DNA from: Tricharina praecox
Lineage: Eukaryota
NCBI RefSeq assembly: GCF_024521635.1
Contig: NW_026250411.1
Location: forward strand, 124,001 to 188,000
Length of the DNA: 64,000 nucleotides
Direction: 5' to 3'
Part shown: piece after piece, positions 61,908 through 64,000 of the stretch
Layout: each line of letters opens with the position of its first letter
Position numbering within the stretch: position 1 is the stretch's first letter
Position numbers and translations under genes: made by a program
Notes under the pieces: generated by a model
What the model was told of the DNA's origin: nothing
What the model saw: the letters and a program-made list of their open reading frames with translations, nothing else
Databases searched by the model: none

Positions 61908-64000
61908 TGGAAGCGGAGGGAGGGGGTGTGTGCTGTGAGGTTCGAAGATAATTGTATTTGTGCGTGGGAGTTTGGGGTGCTTTTTTGACACTGCTGTTAT
62001 TACTATAGATCGGGCGGGGGAGGGGGGGCGGAGGGGCGGAGGATCGTTGTGTCTGGTTTGCCTGCTTGCTTGCTGCTTGCTGCTTGCTCGCCGTTTCCTT
62101 GCTTTTCCGTGTGTTTGTTTTACTTACCATATCATTACTTAACTTCATATCCAACTATCCCATTAGTATTGGCCCCTTTGGCCACCGTATTATGCTGTCC
62201 ACTGCTTGGCGTCCTAGTGCTTTGCTTGGTGTCCGATATTCCCTCCGTCTATGCCGAGGTGCACGGCCGCCAGACCGTTCGGCCGGCATATCAGAGTCAG
62301 CCATCAGGCAGCGTCGCATCATATCGCAGCACTGTACAGCTGACATCAGGAACCCGCAAGCCCAGCCCTGCTGCAAGCACTCTACCACCTATCATAGGCC
62401 GCACGCAATTCACGGTTGATCCGCAGGTTCGCAGCCCGTCCTCCCGTACCGTACGGTACCGTAGATGTACCAGTCAACTGGTACCTACAGTAGAGTACCC
62501 ACAGACTACAGTAGGTGCCCACAGTAGAGTACACACAAACCAACGAAACGAGACGAGACGGCCAACCGCCGCCGAAGCTGACCGAGTGCCTGGAGTGCGC
62601 GCGCGGCGACTACCCGCTCGTTCCTTGGAGGTCCTTGGAGGTGCTTGGAGGAATCGGCGGTTCGGCTGATAAGTGGTTACAACTGACCGATTCTGACTGG
62701 CTGACTGGGTGAAAATTGGGCGTGTTGGTTGAACAAGTACAAACATATGTTATACCTAGCAGTAGTAAGTACTGTAGTTACTTGGATATAGTTGGTAACC
62801 AAATAACCACTCTACGGCCTCGCATGTTGGAACTCAGTTCAAGGCTGTAGTTGTGGTTGTAGTTGTAATTGGTCTTTACCACCTATGTAACTACCAATAT
62901 AGTTACCCAGTAAGTTGTAGTTACATATCATATCACTCCACCTGTAGATAGTCCACCTGTACACCACTGCTAGTCGCAGACCCTACCGCAGGCCGCAGTT
63001 ACCACTGCAGACTGCAGTACCGCAGAGCTATTAATATCCCCACCCCTCCTCACTCCCAACTCCTGAATCCCTCTCGAAATATTCTCCGGAATGAAACCGC
63101 AGACACAGTAGACTCTGTTCCGGAAAGCGGTAGGAACGGAAGGAAGATGCTTTTTGTTCTGTTTTTGTTTTTTGTTTTTGTTCTTGCGGGCTGGAAGAAA
63201 TGGAAGAAATGGAAGGTACAGCCCAGCAAAAACGAAAGTAGACACCAAAGATGAGCTGCGAAAAAGACGTAGGGAAGAAGAAAAGCAAGTACATAAGGAA
63301 GAAAGACAAGAGAAGGCAATTCACAATTCCACTGCCACCACGACGAGTGTTGCTCCTCCATAAGGAAACCAACCTTCACTGAAGAAAAAGCAGCTGTTAC
63401 TGAAGTTTGTATAATACCATCCAGATGCGGTAATCGAACTAAGCTTCACAAAGAAAGGTTAATCAAATGTTACTAGGTATAGTAGGTAATAGAGGAAAAG
63501 AAATAATTGTATCGTCTCGAGTCCAAACCCAGAATATGTACATAGAAAGTAGACATCCGTCAAAAATATTCCACCACCGGTCGAGTATCGAGGTTGTCCT
63601 CCCTCCTATCCGCGTACCAAACAGCATGGTATGAAAGTCTTCAGATGCACCGCCCCTAACCCAAACCTCTCCAAAACAAAACTCCATCCTCTATCCCTTT
63701 CCCCATTCATCCTTCTGGTTCCCCACCGGGGGGGAGGAAAAAATTGTAGTTTCCATCCCGTTTCCTTCTCTTTCCTTAGCCTGCGTGCGTCTTGTCTCCT
63801 TCAATTTCTCCCTGCGCGGCAATGCAGTGCGATACAATGTCCCAAATCCGATCCGATGTCTGGCCCCAAAATTTACAAACTCCATAGAAAAGAAAAAATA
63901 GCGACCAAATGGTTCAGGACATTATAACGATGCATATCCTGCCGGGGAGGATGAAGAAAGAAAAGAGAGAAAAAAAGGAAACAGAAAAGAAAACTCTCCC

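Overview
Eukaryotic DNA from a filamentous ascomycete. The short GT-AG introns with CTRAC-type branch sites and the gene content suggest Pezizomycotina, possibly Pezizomycetes (inference). Two gene-dense blocks flank a ~32 kb microsatellite-rich, nearly gene-free region. Left block (1-15.8 kb): two small hypothetical genes, a MEIOB-like triple-OB-fold gene head-to-head with NOP16, a Pro-rich hypothetical gene, MAF1, a secreted/GPI-like Cys-containing protein and coatomer alpha (COP1, first intron GC-AG). Middle (16-48.5 kb): one clear CDS, an intronless low-complexity protein at 38260-39252, plus many SSRs, a recurring TACTCTA word and a 56-bp-arm hairpin at 45816-45955. Right block (48.5-62 kb): mitochondrial release factor MRF1, a PARP whose frame appears to need a 5-nt microexon, RTF2, a dienelactone-hydrolase/SnoaL-like gene, BRX1, a Bug1/GM130-like golgin and a small ORF resembling Ragulator subunit LAMTOR3. 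I saw no tRNA, rRNA, CRISPR array or intact transposon. All family calls are by eye from remembered motifs; no searches were run.
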